A stretch of 64,000 bases of DNA from Candidatus Sulfomarinibacteraceae bacterium (GTDB lineage: Bacteria > Acidobacteriota > Thermoanaerobaculia > Thermoanaerobaculales > Sulfomarinibacteraceae): assembly GCA_963823345.1 (NCBI GenBank), contig CAWGLE010000013.1, positions 65,438 to 129,437 on the forward strand. Reading direction: 5' to 3'. The notes under the pieces are model-generated. The model worked only from the letters and a program-made list of their open reading frames with translations, did no database searches and had not been told where the DNA came from. Made by a program: the position numbers and the translations under genes. Of this stretch, positions 8,837-18,222 are shown piece after piece; position 1 is the first letter of the stretch, and the number at the start of each line of letters is the position of its first letter.

Positions 8837-8881
8837 AGATTGTCTAAATGCTAATATGTAGCGTTAACGACAATCTGTCAA
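8837..8881 (-). promoter_or_regulatory. Predicted sigma70-type promoter with overlapping inverted-repeat operator for the Fur-family/ccp operon
   Basis: On the minus strand: TTGACA (8876-8881), 17 nt, CATATT (8853-8858), preceded by a T8 tract. The inverted repeat AGATTGTC-N24-GACAATCT (8837-8876) spans the -35 to past the -10. The stretch is locally AT-rich within a GC-rich genome. Confidence 0.55.
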
Positions 8882-9032
8882 CAAAAAAAATCTGAATCTC
8901 AGTACGAAATCAAGAGTGAGAATCAGTTCACAGGGAAACCGTATAATCCGGAAGCGCTGGATCTTCGTGGCGGGCCGCGGCCCCGTGATCACCCGGAGGA
9001 CCTGCCGCGACCGGCGCGAGAGGTGGCCCCGG

Positions 9033-10358
9033 ATGACTGACAACGACATGATCACGTCGGCCTTTCGCCGTTTCGTCACGCTCGGCGGGTTGGCCGGGCG
9101 GGTGGGGGTCTCGGTGATCGGCGGCCAGGTCGCCGACGTGGCGCGGTCGGGGCCGGCCAGACAGATCAAGAGAACGGAAAACCTGGTGCGCAACGCCGCG
9201 CGCATCGTCGAGACCCTCGGCGAGATGAAGGGCGCGGCCATGAAGGTCGGCCAGATGCTCAGCCTCCACGACGGCATGATGCCGCCGGAGGTCGCCGAGG
9301 TCTTGCGGAGCCTGCAGCAGTCGGCGCCGAAGGTTCCGGCCGAGGTGATGGAGTTCGAGATCCGGGGCGCCCTCCCCGACTTCGACGACCTCTTCGAGGA
9401 GCTCGACTTCGAGGCGTTCGCCGCCGCATCCATCGGCCAGGTGCACCGCGGCAGGCTGCGGGACGGCCGCGACGTCGCGGTCAAGATCCAGTACCCGTTG
9501 ATCGACGAGATCGTCAAGGCCGATCTGAAAAACCTCAAGGCCCTGGTCAGGACGCTGCTCGCCATGATCTCGGACATCGAGTTCGACCCGATCTGGGGGG
9601 AGCTCCACGACCGACTGCTCGAGGAGCTCGACTACCACCACGAGGCGGCCAGCATCCGCCGCATGGCCGGGCTCCACGAGGGGGTGCCTGAGATCGTCAT
9701 CCCACGGGTTGTCGAAGAGGCCACGACCCGGAACGTGCTGACGCTCGAGTACGTGGGCGGTCGTTCACCCGAGGAAGCCTGCGGCGACGAGACCGATCAG
9801 GAGCTGCGGGACCGGTGGGGAGTGGTGCTGGCGGAGTTCGTGCTGCGCGGGCTCCTCGAGCACAGATTCCTGCACGCCGACCCCAACCTGGCGAACTTCG
9901 CTTTTCTCGACGACGGGCGGGTGGTGGTATACGACTTCGGCAGCGTCAAAGAGGTGCCTGAGGCCATGGCCCTCCGATACGCCGAGCTGCTGGCGGCCAC
10001 CGCCACCGGGAGGGGTGACGCCATCCCGCCCATCTTGAAAGAAATGGGGATCTTCATGAGGGACGGTTCGTTGATGCCGGCCGAAGCGGTCGAGCCGTAC
10101 CTCGAGATTTTCGGGACCGTCCTCAGGGCTTCGCCGCCCTACACCTTCGGCGAGGACCCCGAGATCTACCGGCGCGTCATCGAGACCGGCATGAACAACT
10201 GGCAGTACTCGATGGACATGCAGTTTCCCGAGGACGCCATCTTCATCAACCGGGCGTTGGGCGGGCATTTCGGGAATCTCGCACGATTGGGTGCCACGGG
10301 ACCGTGGCGTGACCTGGTGTTCGCCGCCGTGGCTCGACTGGGCGTCGACACGGCGTGA
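9033..10358 (+). CDS. ABC1/UbiB-family atypical protein kinase
   Basis: The ATG at 9033 has GAGGTGG upstream. Motifs: AAASIGQVHRGRL...VAVKIQYP, HADPNLANFAF, DFG. The 8916 start in the ORF track lies in the AT-rich promoter region. Confidence 0.85.
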   Translation: MTDNDMITSAFRRFVTLGGLAGRVGVSVIGGQVADVARSGPARQIKRTENLVRNAARIVETLGEMKGAAMKVGQMLSLHDGMMPPEVAEVLRSLQQSAPKVPAEVMEFEIRGALPDFDDLFEELDFEAFAAASIGQVHRGRLRDGRDVAVKIQYPLIDEIVKADLKNLKALVRTLLAMISDIEFDPIWGELHDRLLEELDYHHEAASIRRMAGLHEGVPEIVIPRVVEEATTRNVLTLEYVGGRSPEEACGDETDQELRDRWGVVLAEFVLRGLLEHRFLHADPNLANFAFLDDGRVVVYDFGSVKEVPEAMALRYAELLAATATGRGDAIPPILKEMGIFMRDGSLMPAEAVEPYLEIFGTVLRASPPYTFGEDPEIYRRVIETGMNNWQYSMDMQFPEDAIFINRALGGHFGNLARLGATGPWRDLVFAAVARLGVDTA

Positions 10359-10388
10359 GGGTGCAGTCGCTCCGGGCGGAGCGGCGCC

Positions 10389-10634
10389 CTACTGGACCGG
10401 GGCGCCGGCGGTCTGCATCGCCACCAGGGCGTCGATCTGCCGTTGGAGGTCCGCGTTGATCTGCTGCTGTTCAGCGAGGGCCACCTTCGCCCTTGCCAGC
10501 TGATAGCGGGCCTCCTTGCGGAAGGTCGTGGTCTCGTCGCCGAATTGGTTGATCCTGAGGGTGTTGAAGAGGGTCGTCGCCAGCAGGAACAGGATGACGA
10601 TCGACAACAGCCTGGAATTCGTATTTTCGGGCAT
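10389..10634 (-). CDS. Small membrane-anchored coiled-coil protein (FtsB/DivIC-like architecture, uncertain)
   Basis: 81 aa, with AAGGAGG 6 nt upstream of the ATG at 10634. N-terminal TM helix LLSIVILFLLATTLF, then a heptad-like region KVALAEQQQINADLQRQIDAL. Confidence 0.6.
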   Translation of the reverse strand: MPENTNSRLLSIVILFLLATTLFNTLRINQFGDETTTFRKEARYQLARAKVALAEQQQINADLQRQIDALVAMQTAGAPVQ

Positions 10635-10733
10635 CTGGCCTCCTTGGGTTGCGCCGCTTTGGGCCGGTCCGGCCGGACCGGCTGTTCCGTCTTTCGCTCC
10701 ATCATACCTCGTGAAAACCTGGATGGTGACCTT

Positions 10734-11148
10734 TCACATCGGCCCGCTGCACTGGGCGCGCTCGCCCACCAGCCGGAGGTAACGGTCCTCGAGTGATCGC
10801 AATTCCTCGATGCGGTCGGGATCGGGTTCGGCCACGCGCCGATCCGTCGCCTTGACGGTGACGGTCACCGGTTGCAGGGTCCCGGGTTGGTGGTCGGGTA
10901 GCCGGCTCAAGCTGATATGGAGATCGATCTCGGTGCCGAGCACGTCCGAGTCGAGTCGCCCGAGGATGGCGCCGGAGCTGCTGTTGGCGCTCACGACGCG
11001 TGCCGCCGAGCCGGCCCACCGCGGTTTGAGCGGCGACCCACACCGTGTCGTAACGGTCATCGCAGTCCTGACGCAGGGTCGGGATACCGTCCGAGGACGC
11101 GCATCCGGCGGCCGCGCAGAACACGAAAAACAGGGCAAGGTGTCGCAT
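10734..11148 (-). CDS. Small lipoprotein, apparent +1 frameshift
   Basis: The ATG at 11148 has AAGGAGG upstream and encodes MRHLALFFVFCAAAGCASSDG, with a lipobox. After about residue 48 this frame degenerates into R-rich sequence. The frame ending at 10734 instead reads protein-like: GAILGRLDSDVLGTEIDLHISLSRLPDHQPGTLQPVTVTVKATDRRV.... The join is near 10995-11012. Length is 415 nt = 3n+1. Confidence 0.55.
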
Positions 11149-11204
11149 CGAGTGCCTCCTTGGCGGTAGCCGGGACAGCGTACACTGATCGCCGGGAGGG
11201 TGCC

Positions 11205-12098
11205 ATGGCGGAGATCCGGACCCTGGACCTCGAGTTTTTCGGAGCGACGGAGATCATCGCGTCGTTTCTGGTGCCGGTTGGAAACGGTTTCGTGCTCTTC
11301 GAGTCGGGCCCGGCCAGCTCGGTGGGAGCACTCGAGCGGCGGGTGAACGAGGAGGGCTTCGATCTCGACGATCTGCAGGCGGTGTTCGCGACCCACGTTC
11401 ACCTCGACCATGCGGGCGGCGCCGGCGTCCTCGCGCGCAGAACCGGGTGCACGGTTTTTTCGCACCCGCTCGGCGCGCCTCACCTTGCGAACCCGGGGGA
11501 CAAGCTCCTGCCTTCGGCCGAGAGGATCTACAAGGACATGATGGTGCCGTTGTGGGGCGTCACCGACGGCGTTCCCGAGGCCCAGCTCCGGGCGGTCGAC
11601 GATGGAGAGTCGGTCAGCGTGGGCGGTCTCGAGGTCGTCGCCCACTTCACCCCGGGTCACGCGGTCCACCACGTCGCCTGGCAGATCGGAGACGCGGTGG
11701 CCACCGGCGACGTGGGAGGCGTTCGCTTCCGCGGCGCGACCCACGTCCTGCCGCCGATGCCTCCACCCGACATCGACGTCGACGACTGGTGCGCGAGCCT
11801 CGCGCTCCTGCGCCGACTCGAACCTTCGCGGCTGCTGCTCACGCACTACGGGGCGTTCGACGATCCCGCCCGCCATCTCGACGAGCTCGAGGACCGATTG
11901 CTGCGCTGGACAGGATTCGCCCGGCAGGTCGTGGCCGATGGCGGCGACCGCGAGGCGCTGGGAGCGGCTCTGTTGGAGTTGGACGAGCGCGAGATGGACG
12001 CCTCGGGCGTTCCGCCGGAGGCGGCAGCGCGCTACCGCAAGTTGTGCCCCGTGAAGGAGAGTTCCGCCGGGCTGTACAGGTACTGCTCGAAGCAGTGA
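11205..12098 (+). CDS. MBL-fold metallo-hydrolase
   Basis: The ATG at 11205 has GGGAGGG upstream. HVHLDHAGG (HxHxDH) is followed by downstream TPGH and H residues. The part of the 10917 ORF upstream of this ATG is R-rich non-protein-like sequence. Confidence 0.85.
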   Translation: MAEIRTLDLEFFGATEIIASFLVPVGNGFVLFESGPASSVGALERRVNEEGFDLDDLQAVFATHVHLDHAGGAGVLARRTGCTVFSHPLGAPHLANPGDKLLPSAERIYKDMMVPLWGVTDGVPEAQLRAVDDGESVSVGGLEVVAHFTPGHAVHHVAWQIGDAVATGDVGGVRFRGATHVLPPMPPPDIDVDDWCASLALLRRLEPSRLLLTHYGAFDDPARHLDELEDRLLRWTGFARQVVADGGDREALGAALLELDEREMDASGVPPEAAARYRKLCPVKESSAGLYRYCSKQ

Positions 12099-12155
12099 AC
12101 CGGATGTCGATGTCCACGGTGCTCGAAGAGCATCCCGTTTCGGGGGTGGCTGGGT

Positions 12156-12414
12156 GGAAACGTTTGAACGTTGAAACGTTTGAACTTTGCAACGTTGCGT
12201 CCCACCCACTTGGTAGCCGGGACGGCTGCCCCACAGGGGAGGAACCACCGCGACAATTGTGGGGCACGGGTCCCGCGTGCCGGGTGGGTGGTGACTGGTT
12301 CCAACAGCTCTGAGCACTCGAGCGGCTATTCTCGGTGGGGGGTTGGTCGGAAAATCCGAAATCCGAAATCCGAAATCCGAAATCCTAATTCCCAATTCCT
12401 AATTCCTCGTTCCT
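12156..12414. repeat. Composite intergenic element: octamer array, REP pair, heptamer array
   Basis: AACGTTNN-type array at 12156-12197. Reverse REP at 12199-12238. Forward REP at 12254-12293 (TTGTGGGGCACGGGTCCCGCGTGCCGGGTGGGTGG). AAATCCG/AATTCCT heptamers at 12351-12414. Confidence 0.9.
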
Positions 12415-12447
12415 CCCTGCTACCATGACCGTGTTCGGAGGTGGTCG

Positions 12448-14178
12448 ATGGCCAAGGCGCGGACGGTTTTTCTGGGTGCCGGATGCCTGCTGGTATTTCT
12501 CGGCGTGATCATTTTCGCGATGCTCGTGCGGGGGCTTTCGGTCCCGTCGCTGCCCGACGAGATGGTGGTGTCACTGCGGCTCGCAGGCCCGATCGCCGAG
12601 GTCACGGCGGAGGACCCGTTGTCGGAGCTCATGGGCGATCAGCCCACCAGCATGAGCAATCTGCGCAAGGCGCTGACCCGCGCCGCCGAGGATGACCGGG
12701 TGCGCGGACTGCGGCTGCGGATCGACAGCATCGGCGGAGGCTTCGCCACCGCGGCGGAGCTGCGCACGCTGATCGCGAGAGTCGGCGCTGCGGGCAAGTG
12801 GACCGCTGCCTACCTGGACACCGCCGGAGAGTTCGCTCCGGGCAACCTGGTCTATTACGTTGCCTCGGCCTGCGACGAGGTGTCGATGAACCCGCAGGGC
12901 GACCTCAACCTGATCGGCCTCTCGTCGAGGACGCCGTTCATCCGCGGCACCTTCGACAAGCTGGATATCCAGGCCGAGTTCCCCGGTCGCGGCGATTACA
13001 AGACCGCGCGGTTCATGTACACCGAAACCGGGTTCACGCCCGCGCAGCGGGAAATGACGGAGTGGTTGATCGACTCGCTGATGGAGCGGCTGACCGGCGA
13101 CATCGCGAGCAGCCGCGGGTTGTCAGCCGAAGAGGTGCGCAGCCTGATCGACCGCGCGCCGTTTCTCGGTGACGAGGCGGTCGAGGCCGGGTTGATCGAC
13201 CGGCTCGAGAACCTGGGAGAGTTTGACGATCGCCTCGAAGAGCGCGCGCCCGACGCCAGGTCGGTGGGTGTTCGTGCCTATTTGCATCAGGGTCGATTCG
13301 CGCCCAGGGGCTCGAAGATCGCGGTGGTGACCGCGGTCGGATCGATCATGCGCGGTTCCAGCGGCGAGAGCTTCAACCCGCTTTTCGGCGGCCAGGTCAT
13401 GGGGGCGGATACGATCTCGAATGCCTTCAAAGACGTTCGTGAGACCGCCGGTATCGAGGCGGTCGTGTTCCGTATCGATTCGCCCGGCGGCAGCGCCGTG
13501 GCGTCCGAGATCATCCGTCAGGAGATGGTGCGGACCGCGCTCGAAGTGCCCGTGGTCGTGTCGATGGCGAACGTGGCGGGCTCCGGCGGGTACTGGATCA
13601 CCTGCGGCGCGCAGCGGATCGTCGCCGAACCGGTGAGCCTTACCGGCTCCATCGGCGTGTTCGCGGGGCACCTCAACACCTCGGGTTTCTGGTCGGGCAA
13701 GCTGGGTGTGACCTACGGTCGCATCGACGAAGGTGCGAACGCCAACATCTACGGCGATCTCGAGAACTGGACCGACGAACAGCGCGCCATCGTCGATCGC
13801 ATGCTGGATCGGATCTACGACGACTTCGTGGCGCGCGTGGCGGCCTCGCGGGGTATGACTCCGGAGGCGGTGGACGCGATCGGCCGCGGCCGGGTGTTCA
13901 CGGGCGTCCAGGCCGTGGAGAACGGTCTGGTGGACGTCCTGGGCGGTTTCGACGTCGCGTTGGCCGAGGCCAAGAGGCTGGCGGATATCGACGCCGATGC
14001 GGAGGTCGAGCTGGTGCAGTTTCCGCGGCCGGTGCCGTGGTGGCAGGAGCTGACACGGAAGCGCGGATCCGACCAGGTGGCCCTCGAGGCCAAGGTCGAT
14101 TTCCTCCAGAATTGGATCACCAGCGGCACCCTCGACACCCCGGGCGTGGTGTGGATGCCGCCGATACTGATTCAATAG
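12448..14178 (+). CDS. sppA: Signal peptide peptidase SppA (protease IV, S49, two-domain 67K type)
   Basis: 576 aa with an N-terminal TM helix (FLGAGCLLVFLGVIIFAML). Two ClpP/crotonase-like S49 halves are present. The second half contains VVVSMANVAGSGGYWITCGA...SIGV. GGAGGTGG lies upstream of the ATG. Confidence 0.85.
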   Translation: MAKARTVFLGAGCLLVFLGVIIFAMLVRGLSVPSLPDEMVVSLRLAGPIAEVTAEDPLSELMGDQPTSMSNLRKALTRAAEDDRVRGLRLRIDSIGGGFATAAELRTLIARVGAAGKWTAAYLDTAGEFAPGNLVYYVASACDEVSMNPQGDLNLIGLSSRTPFIRGTFDKLDIQAEFPGRGDYKTARFMYTETGFTPAQREMTEWLIDSLMERLTGDIASSRGLSAEEVRSLIDRAPFLGDEAVEAGLIDRLENLGEFDDRLEERAPDARSVGVRAYLHQGRFAPRGSKIAVVTAVGSIMRGSSGESFNPLFGGQVMGADTISNAFKDVRETAGIEAVVFRIDSPGGSAVASEIIRQEMVRTALEVPVVVSMANVAGSGGYWITCGAQRIVAEPVSLTGSIGVFAGHLNTSGFWSGKLGVTYGRIDEGANANIYGDLENWTDEQRAIVDRMLDRIYDDFVARVAASRGMTPEAVDAIGRGRVFTGVQAVENGLVDVLGGFDVALAEAKRLADIDADAEVELVQFPRPVPWWQELTRKRGSDQVALEAKVDFLQNWITSGTLDTPGVVWMPPILIQ

Positions 14179-14400
14179 TTTTGAGTTTTCAGTTTTGAGT
14201 TCTGAGTTCCCGCCCCAATTGCAGCCGGGAGCCGGCTTCGCCTTTGGCTGCGCCGAGACAGGCAGATTGCCTGACAGTTCTTCATGATCGGTCCTTGTGG
14301 TGCGGCCGTCCCGGCCGCACGTGCGGGCGGGACGCCCGCACCACAACGGGTCGAACCGCGTGTGGCGGAGGTGCCCGGCATCCTCTCGGGAAGCGCGCCC
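14177..14400. repeat. Composite intergenic element: AGTTTTG heptamer array, back-to-back REP hairpins, short copy of the 85-bp element
   Basis: AGTTTTG x5 at 14177-14210. TTGTGGTGCGGCCGTCCCGGCCGCAC is immediately followed by GTGCGGGCGGGACGCCCGCACCACAA (14293-14347). 14358-14400 matches the ends of the 39936-40105 repeat unit but lacks its central hairpin. Confidence 0.85.
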
Positions 14401-14428
14401 TGAGAACCGGGTCCGGCAATTGTGATTC

Positions 14429-14900
14429 TTAGCCGGTTTTTCCGATCACGACCGTGACCCGCCCTCGCGTGACGTCGTCGCCGGCGGCATCGCGCACGAC
14501 CACCGCTGCCTGCAACTCGCCCGTAAACCCCGACGGCGGCGGTTCGCAGCTGCCTTCGGCGGTCACCGTCCCGCGCGCCTTCTTCACGAAACTCCGACTC
14601 CAACCGGACCGGGATCATCCGTGTTCCGGGGTGCATGGAGGCGATGATGGAGAGGCTGCCTGAAAGCTCGATCAGGTTGGTCAAAGCCACGGCGTGGACC
14701 GATCTCAGGTGGTTGCGAACCGCCTTGCGGTCGCGCATGGTCACCACGGCTCGACCCGGCTCCAACACCGCGATCCGGGCGCCGATGGTGCCGGTGTAGG
14801 GGGCGAACCGGCCCACCGCACGGCTGAAGAGCCAGCGGCCGAAGCTCGAGCCTTTCGCACGATTCCACCTCTCGACAACGGCCTGTTCCATCCCAGCCAT
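14429..14900 (-). CDS. Hotdog-fold thioesterase-like protein (DUF4442/PaaI-like), apparent +1 frameshift
   Basis: The ATG at 14900 has GGGAGG upstream and gives MAGMEQAVVERWNRAKGSSFGRWLFSRAVGRFAPYTGTIGARI...RLESEF. Removing one base near 14588 continues the protein as VKKARGTVTAEGSCEPPPSGFTGELQAAVVVRDAAGDDVTRGRVTVVIGKTG*. Length is 472 nt = 3n+1. Confidence 0.7.
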
Positions 14901-15006
14901 GCAGCCTCCCTGAGCTCGTCTCTGCCATGCTACGCGAGCCCGCCGGGGTCGACAATGAGCGCTCGTTGACACCGGGGAGCGCCCGTGGTCCCATGGAATC
15001 GATCAG

Positions 15007-18000
15007 ATGCACCCTCCTTCCGACACCCACCCCCGGGTCATCGTCTGCCGCGGCGCCCGCGCCGCTGAGAGGCGCCTGCTCGAGGAGATCGACGGGCTGT
15101 CCGGCACGCATCTCGCGGACCTCTCGAGACCGCTTCGCGTGGTCGTCCCTTCGCGAAGTCTCCGCAGACACCTCCTCCGCGCCGTGGCGCGGCGGCGGGG
15201 GGCTGCAGCCGGGGTCCAGGTCCAGACCCTGTTCGGTCTCGCCCTCGAGATCGTGACCAGGAGTGGGCTCGCAGCGCCCAGAGCGGACGCCGCCTTCGAG
15301 GTCCAGGTCCGGCGCCTCGCCGCGGCCGAACCGACGTTGCACTCCAGCCTCGATGGGATGACCGACGGGTACGACGCCGTGGTGGGCGCGGTCCGCGACC
15401 TTCTGGACGCCGGCTTTCTCCCCGGCAACGAGGAGGGGGTGCTCGAGCGGCTCGAGGACGTGGCCGGAGAGGTGGCGCCCGAACGCCTCGGTCGATCGGC
15501 TGCCCTGGTGCGGCTGGCAGCCGCGGCCTTCGACGAGGGTGAGGAACGGGACCTGCTGCGGTCCATGCGCTCGTTGCAGATGGCCGAGGACGCCATCAGG
15601 ATGGGCGGTCCCGACCTTCTGCCCACCCGAGCCCTTCTGGTGCACGGTTTTGCCGATGTCACCGGGGTCGTGGCCGACCTTCTGGTGGCGCTGGTCCGGG
15701 TGCTCGGCGGTACGGTCATCCTCGATCGCCCGCCGGACCCGGCTGCGCCGGACCGAGACGATCTCGGCGGGGCGTATCTGTCCCGGCTCGAAGAAAGAAT
15801 GGCTCACCTCGACCGCGTGGACGACGGGCGAACGGATCCACCGCCCGAGATCGAACTGGCGGAGGCGCCCGACATCGAGGCCGAGGCGCGGTGGGTGGCC
15901 GAACGGGTTCGTGATCTGCTCGACGACGGGGTCGAGCCGGAAGACGTGGGAGTGGTGGGGCGGACGCTCGACTCGATGGCCCTGCCGCTGCGGCGCCACT
16001 TCCGGCGGCTCGGTGTGCCGTTTTCGGGCGCCGGTGCGACGGTCCCGGGGGCCGGCCCGAGACGGCGGCTGCGTCGCCTGACCGGGGTCCTGCGCCGCGG
16101 GTCGTCGGCCGATGTCGAGCTGTGGATCGAAGCTCGGGCGCGGCAGGCCGGTTCGGCGGAACTGCTGCTCGGGCTGCGGGTTCTCGGCCTCAAGAAGTTG
16201 ACCGACCTGGCCGATCTGGCGGTCGGCGGGGTGCCGCGGTCCGGGGTTCGCCTCCCGGTGGCGATCGGTCCCGAAGACGAGGCCGACGGCGACGGCTCCC
16301 CGTCGCGGTACCTGGCTCAGGATGCACTTCGGCGTGCAATCGCCGAAGCCCGGCACCTGGTCTCGGTGCTCGACGCCCGCCCCGCGGCCGCTCCGGCGGT
16401 CCTCCACCGCCGGCGCACGGCGGCGGTTCTCGCCGCCCTCGGGTGGGACGCGGAAACGCCGGAGTTGCGGACCGTCTCCGAGACCCTCGACGGGCTGACG
16501 AGAGAGTTGCCCGACGACTACGAGCTGACGCAGGCGGAGTGGTTGAAGCTCATCGGCGATCGCCTCGACCGGGTCGGTGAGGTGCCCCTGGGAGGAGATG
16601 GCGCCGGGGTTCAGGTCCTGACCGTCATGGAGGCCCGCGCCCGCACCTTTCTCCACGTGTTGGTGGTGGCAGTCAACCGCGGTGTGTTTCCGCGTGTCGG
16701 GCACGAAGACCCGATGCTCCCCGAGGCGGTTCGCGCACGTCTCGCGGCCGACGTCCTGCCGGAGATGCCGATCAAGGGCCGCAGCGCGGACGAGGAGCGG
16801 TACCTCTTTGCCCAGCTGCTGTCGAGCGCCCCGTCCGCGACCCTGTCGTGGCACGTCTACGGCGCCGATGGGACGGCGACGCCGTCGCCCTTCGTCGATC
16901 GGCTGGGCTGGCGCGACGGCATCGGCGCGCCCATCACGGTCGCCCGGTTGTGGTCAGGCGGCGAGATCGACTCCAGACCGAGACCCGCCTACGAGTTGGC
17001 GGTGCTGGCTGCACCGTCGGTGCCTGCCGACGGCATCAGAGGGGTCCTCGGGGCGGCGATAGCCGAAGGGCGCGCCGATGCCGGCTCGATCGCCTGGTCG
17101 GTGGCGCCGGAGGCGGTTGCGGCCGCCCGAGCCGATCTCCTGGCCGCGGTGGAACGGCCGCCGGGGTCGGTCGCGGCGTCGCCGTGGTTCGGATTCTCGG
17201 GCGCGGGCGTTCGGGTCGACGATCAGGTTCTGTGGGTCACCCACGCCGAGAGCATCGGGACCTGCCCGTGGCGGGCGTTCGTCCAGCGGCGCCTCGGGGT
17301 GCAACCGATGCCCGACCCGCTGCTCGGTCTCCCGGGGATCGACGGGCCGATGGTGGGGCAGGTGGTGCACGCTGTCCTCGAGGCGGTCGTGGCTGAAGCG
17401 GTCGACAACGGGCGCGACCTCGCCGATGTCCTCTCCAACGAACCCACCCGCGTCGCGTGGCCGGATGCCGGCCGGTTGAACGAGCTTGTGGAGCGGGAGG
17501 CCGGCCGCGTGGCCGACCGCGAGGGTCTCGGGCCCATGGGAATGGCGCCCTTGCTGGCGGCGCGGGCACGACAGTTTTTGGAGGTCGAGCGTGCCCTCGA
17601 GTGGAGCGGCGGGGCACTGTCCGGCGTCCTCGGCACCGAGGTCGAGGGGCGGGCCACCGTGCCCGGTGTCGACCACGTGGTGCGGTTTCGCGCGGATCGG
17701 GTGGATACGGACGGAGAGGTCACGTCGCTGGTCGACTACAAGGCCGCACAACCCGCGGTGGATGCCTCCACCGAACCCTTTCGGAGCGCCAACATCCGCA
17801 GGCTGATCGCCCGCGGCAGAATGTTGCAGGCGGCGGCCTATGCGCGGGCCGAGGGTGTCCGCAACGGAGTCGGCAGGTACCTCTATCTCAGACCGAAGGA
17901 GGACTGTAAAGAGGAGATCCGCGAGATCACGATCGCTGGCGATGCTGCCGATTTGGTGCAGCCCTTCGAGGAGGCCGTCGGCGCGATCGCGGCCGGCCGA

Positions 18001-18222
18001 TCCAGCGGTATCGCCTTCCCGCGGGTCGAGGAAGCGGATGGGCGTGCGGCGGAGCACTGCTCGTACTGCGCCGTCGCGGAGGCCTGCCGCAGAGACGACT
18101 CCGCATTCCGCCGCGATCTCGTGCGCTTCATGGCGTGCGGTCAGGGCTCGGGCGATCCCATGATCGATGCGGCGCGTTCGCTGTGGTGGCTCGGCCATGA
18201 CCGCCCGGTGGTCGACGAATGA
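15007..18222 (+). CDS. addB: AddB-type subunit of helicase-nuclease (RecB-family nuclease domain with Fe-S cysteines, no intact Walker A seen)
   Basis: 1071 aa. The C-terminal region has CPWRAF...RADRVD...LVDYKAA...CSYCAVAEAC, i.e. four Cys plus a D...(D/E)xK nuclease pattern. The stop overlaps the addA start as ATGA. Confidence 0.7.
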   Translation: MHPPSDTHPRVIVCRGARAAERRLLEEIDGLSGTHLADLSRPLRVVVPSRSLRRHLLRAVARRRGAAAGVQVQTLFGLALEIVTRSGLAAPRADAAFEVQVRRLAAAEPTLHSSLDGMTDGYDAVVGAVRDLLDAGFLPGNEEGVLERLEDVAGEVAPERLGRSAALVRLAAAAFDEGEERDLLRSMRSLQMAEDAIRMGGPDLLPTRALLVHGFADVTGVVADLLVALVRVLGGTVILDRPPDPAAPDRDDLGGAYLSRLEERMAHLDRVDDGRTDPPPEIELAEAPDIEAEARWVAERVRDLLDDGVEPEDVGVVGRTLDSMALPLRRHFRRLGVPFSGAGATVPGAGPRRRLRRLTGVLRRGSSADVELWIEARARQAGSAELLLGLRVLGLKKLTDLADLAVGGVPRSGVRLPVAIGPEDEADGDGSPSRYLAQDALRRAIAEARHLVSVLDARPAAAPAVLHRRRTAAVLAALGWDAETPELRTVSETLDGLTRELPDDYELTQAEWLKLIGDRLDRVGEVPLGGDGAGVQVLTVMEARARTFLHVLVVAVNRGVFPRVGHEDPMLPEAVRARLAADVLPEMPIKGRSADEERYLFAQLLSSAPSATLSWHVYGADGTATPSPFVDRLGWRDGIGAPITVARLWSGGEIDSRPRPAYELAVLAAPSVPADGIRGVLGAAIAEGRADAGSIAWSVAPEAVAAARADLLAAVERPPGSVAASPWFGFSGAGVRVDDQVLWVTHAESIGTCPWRAFVQRRLGVQPMPDPLLGLPGIDGPMVGQVVHAVLEAVVAEAVDNGRDLADVLSNEPTRVAWPDAGRLNELVEREAGRVADREGLGPMGMAPLLAARARQFLEVERALEWSGGALSGVLGTEVEGRATVPGVDHVVRFRADRVDTDGEVTSLVDYKAAQPAVDASTEPFRSANIRRLIARGRMLQAAAYARAEGVRNGVGRYLYLRPKEDCKEEIREITIAGDAADLVQPFEEAVGAIAAGRSSGIAFPRVEEADGRAAEHCSYCAVAEACRRDDSAFRRDLVRFMACGQGSGDPMIDAARSLWWLGHDRPVVDE

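Noticed and set aside
8925-8940. TGAGAATCAGTTCA as a Fur box upstream of the ABC1-kinase gene
   Set aside because: It matches only about 9 of 14 positions of the classical Fur box half, by eye. The better-defined inverted repeat at 8837-8876 is reported instead.
10734-12395. 553-aa minus-strand ORF covering the MBL hydrolase gene and the repeat region
   Set aside because: The sequence is R/P/G-rich and low in complexity, and it is antisense to a well-supported gene. It reads through heptamer arrays (GIRISDFGFRISDF). Only its last about 85 codons look protein-like, and those are assigned to the frameshifted lipoprotein.
14584-16854. 756-aa minus-strand ORF antisense to addB. Similar long antisense ORFs: 18573..21218, 39717..40859, 41895..44087, 50176..52014, 53629..54933, 62710..63786.
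   Set aside because: These are typical high-GC shadow ORFs. They have no motifs, an Arg/Pro/Gly-rich composition and no ribosome-binding sites. Each lies opposite a gene with clear family signatures.
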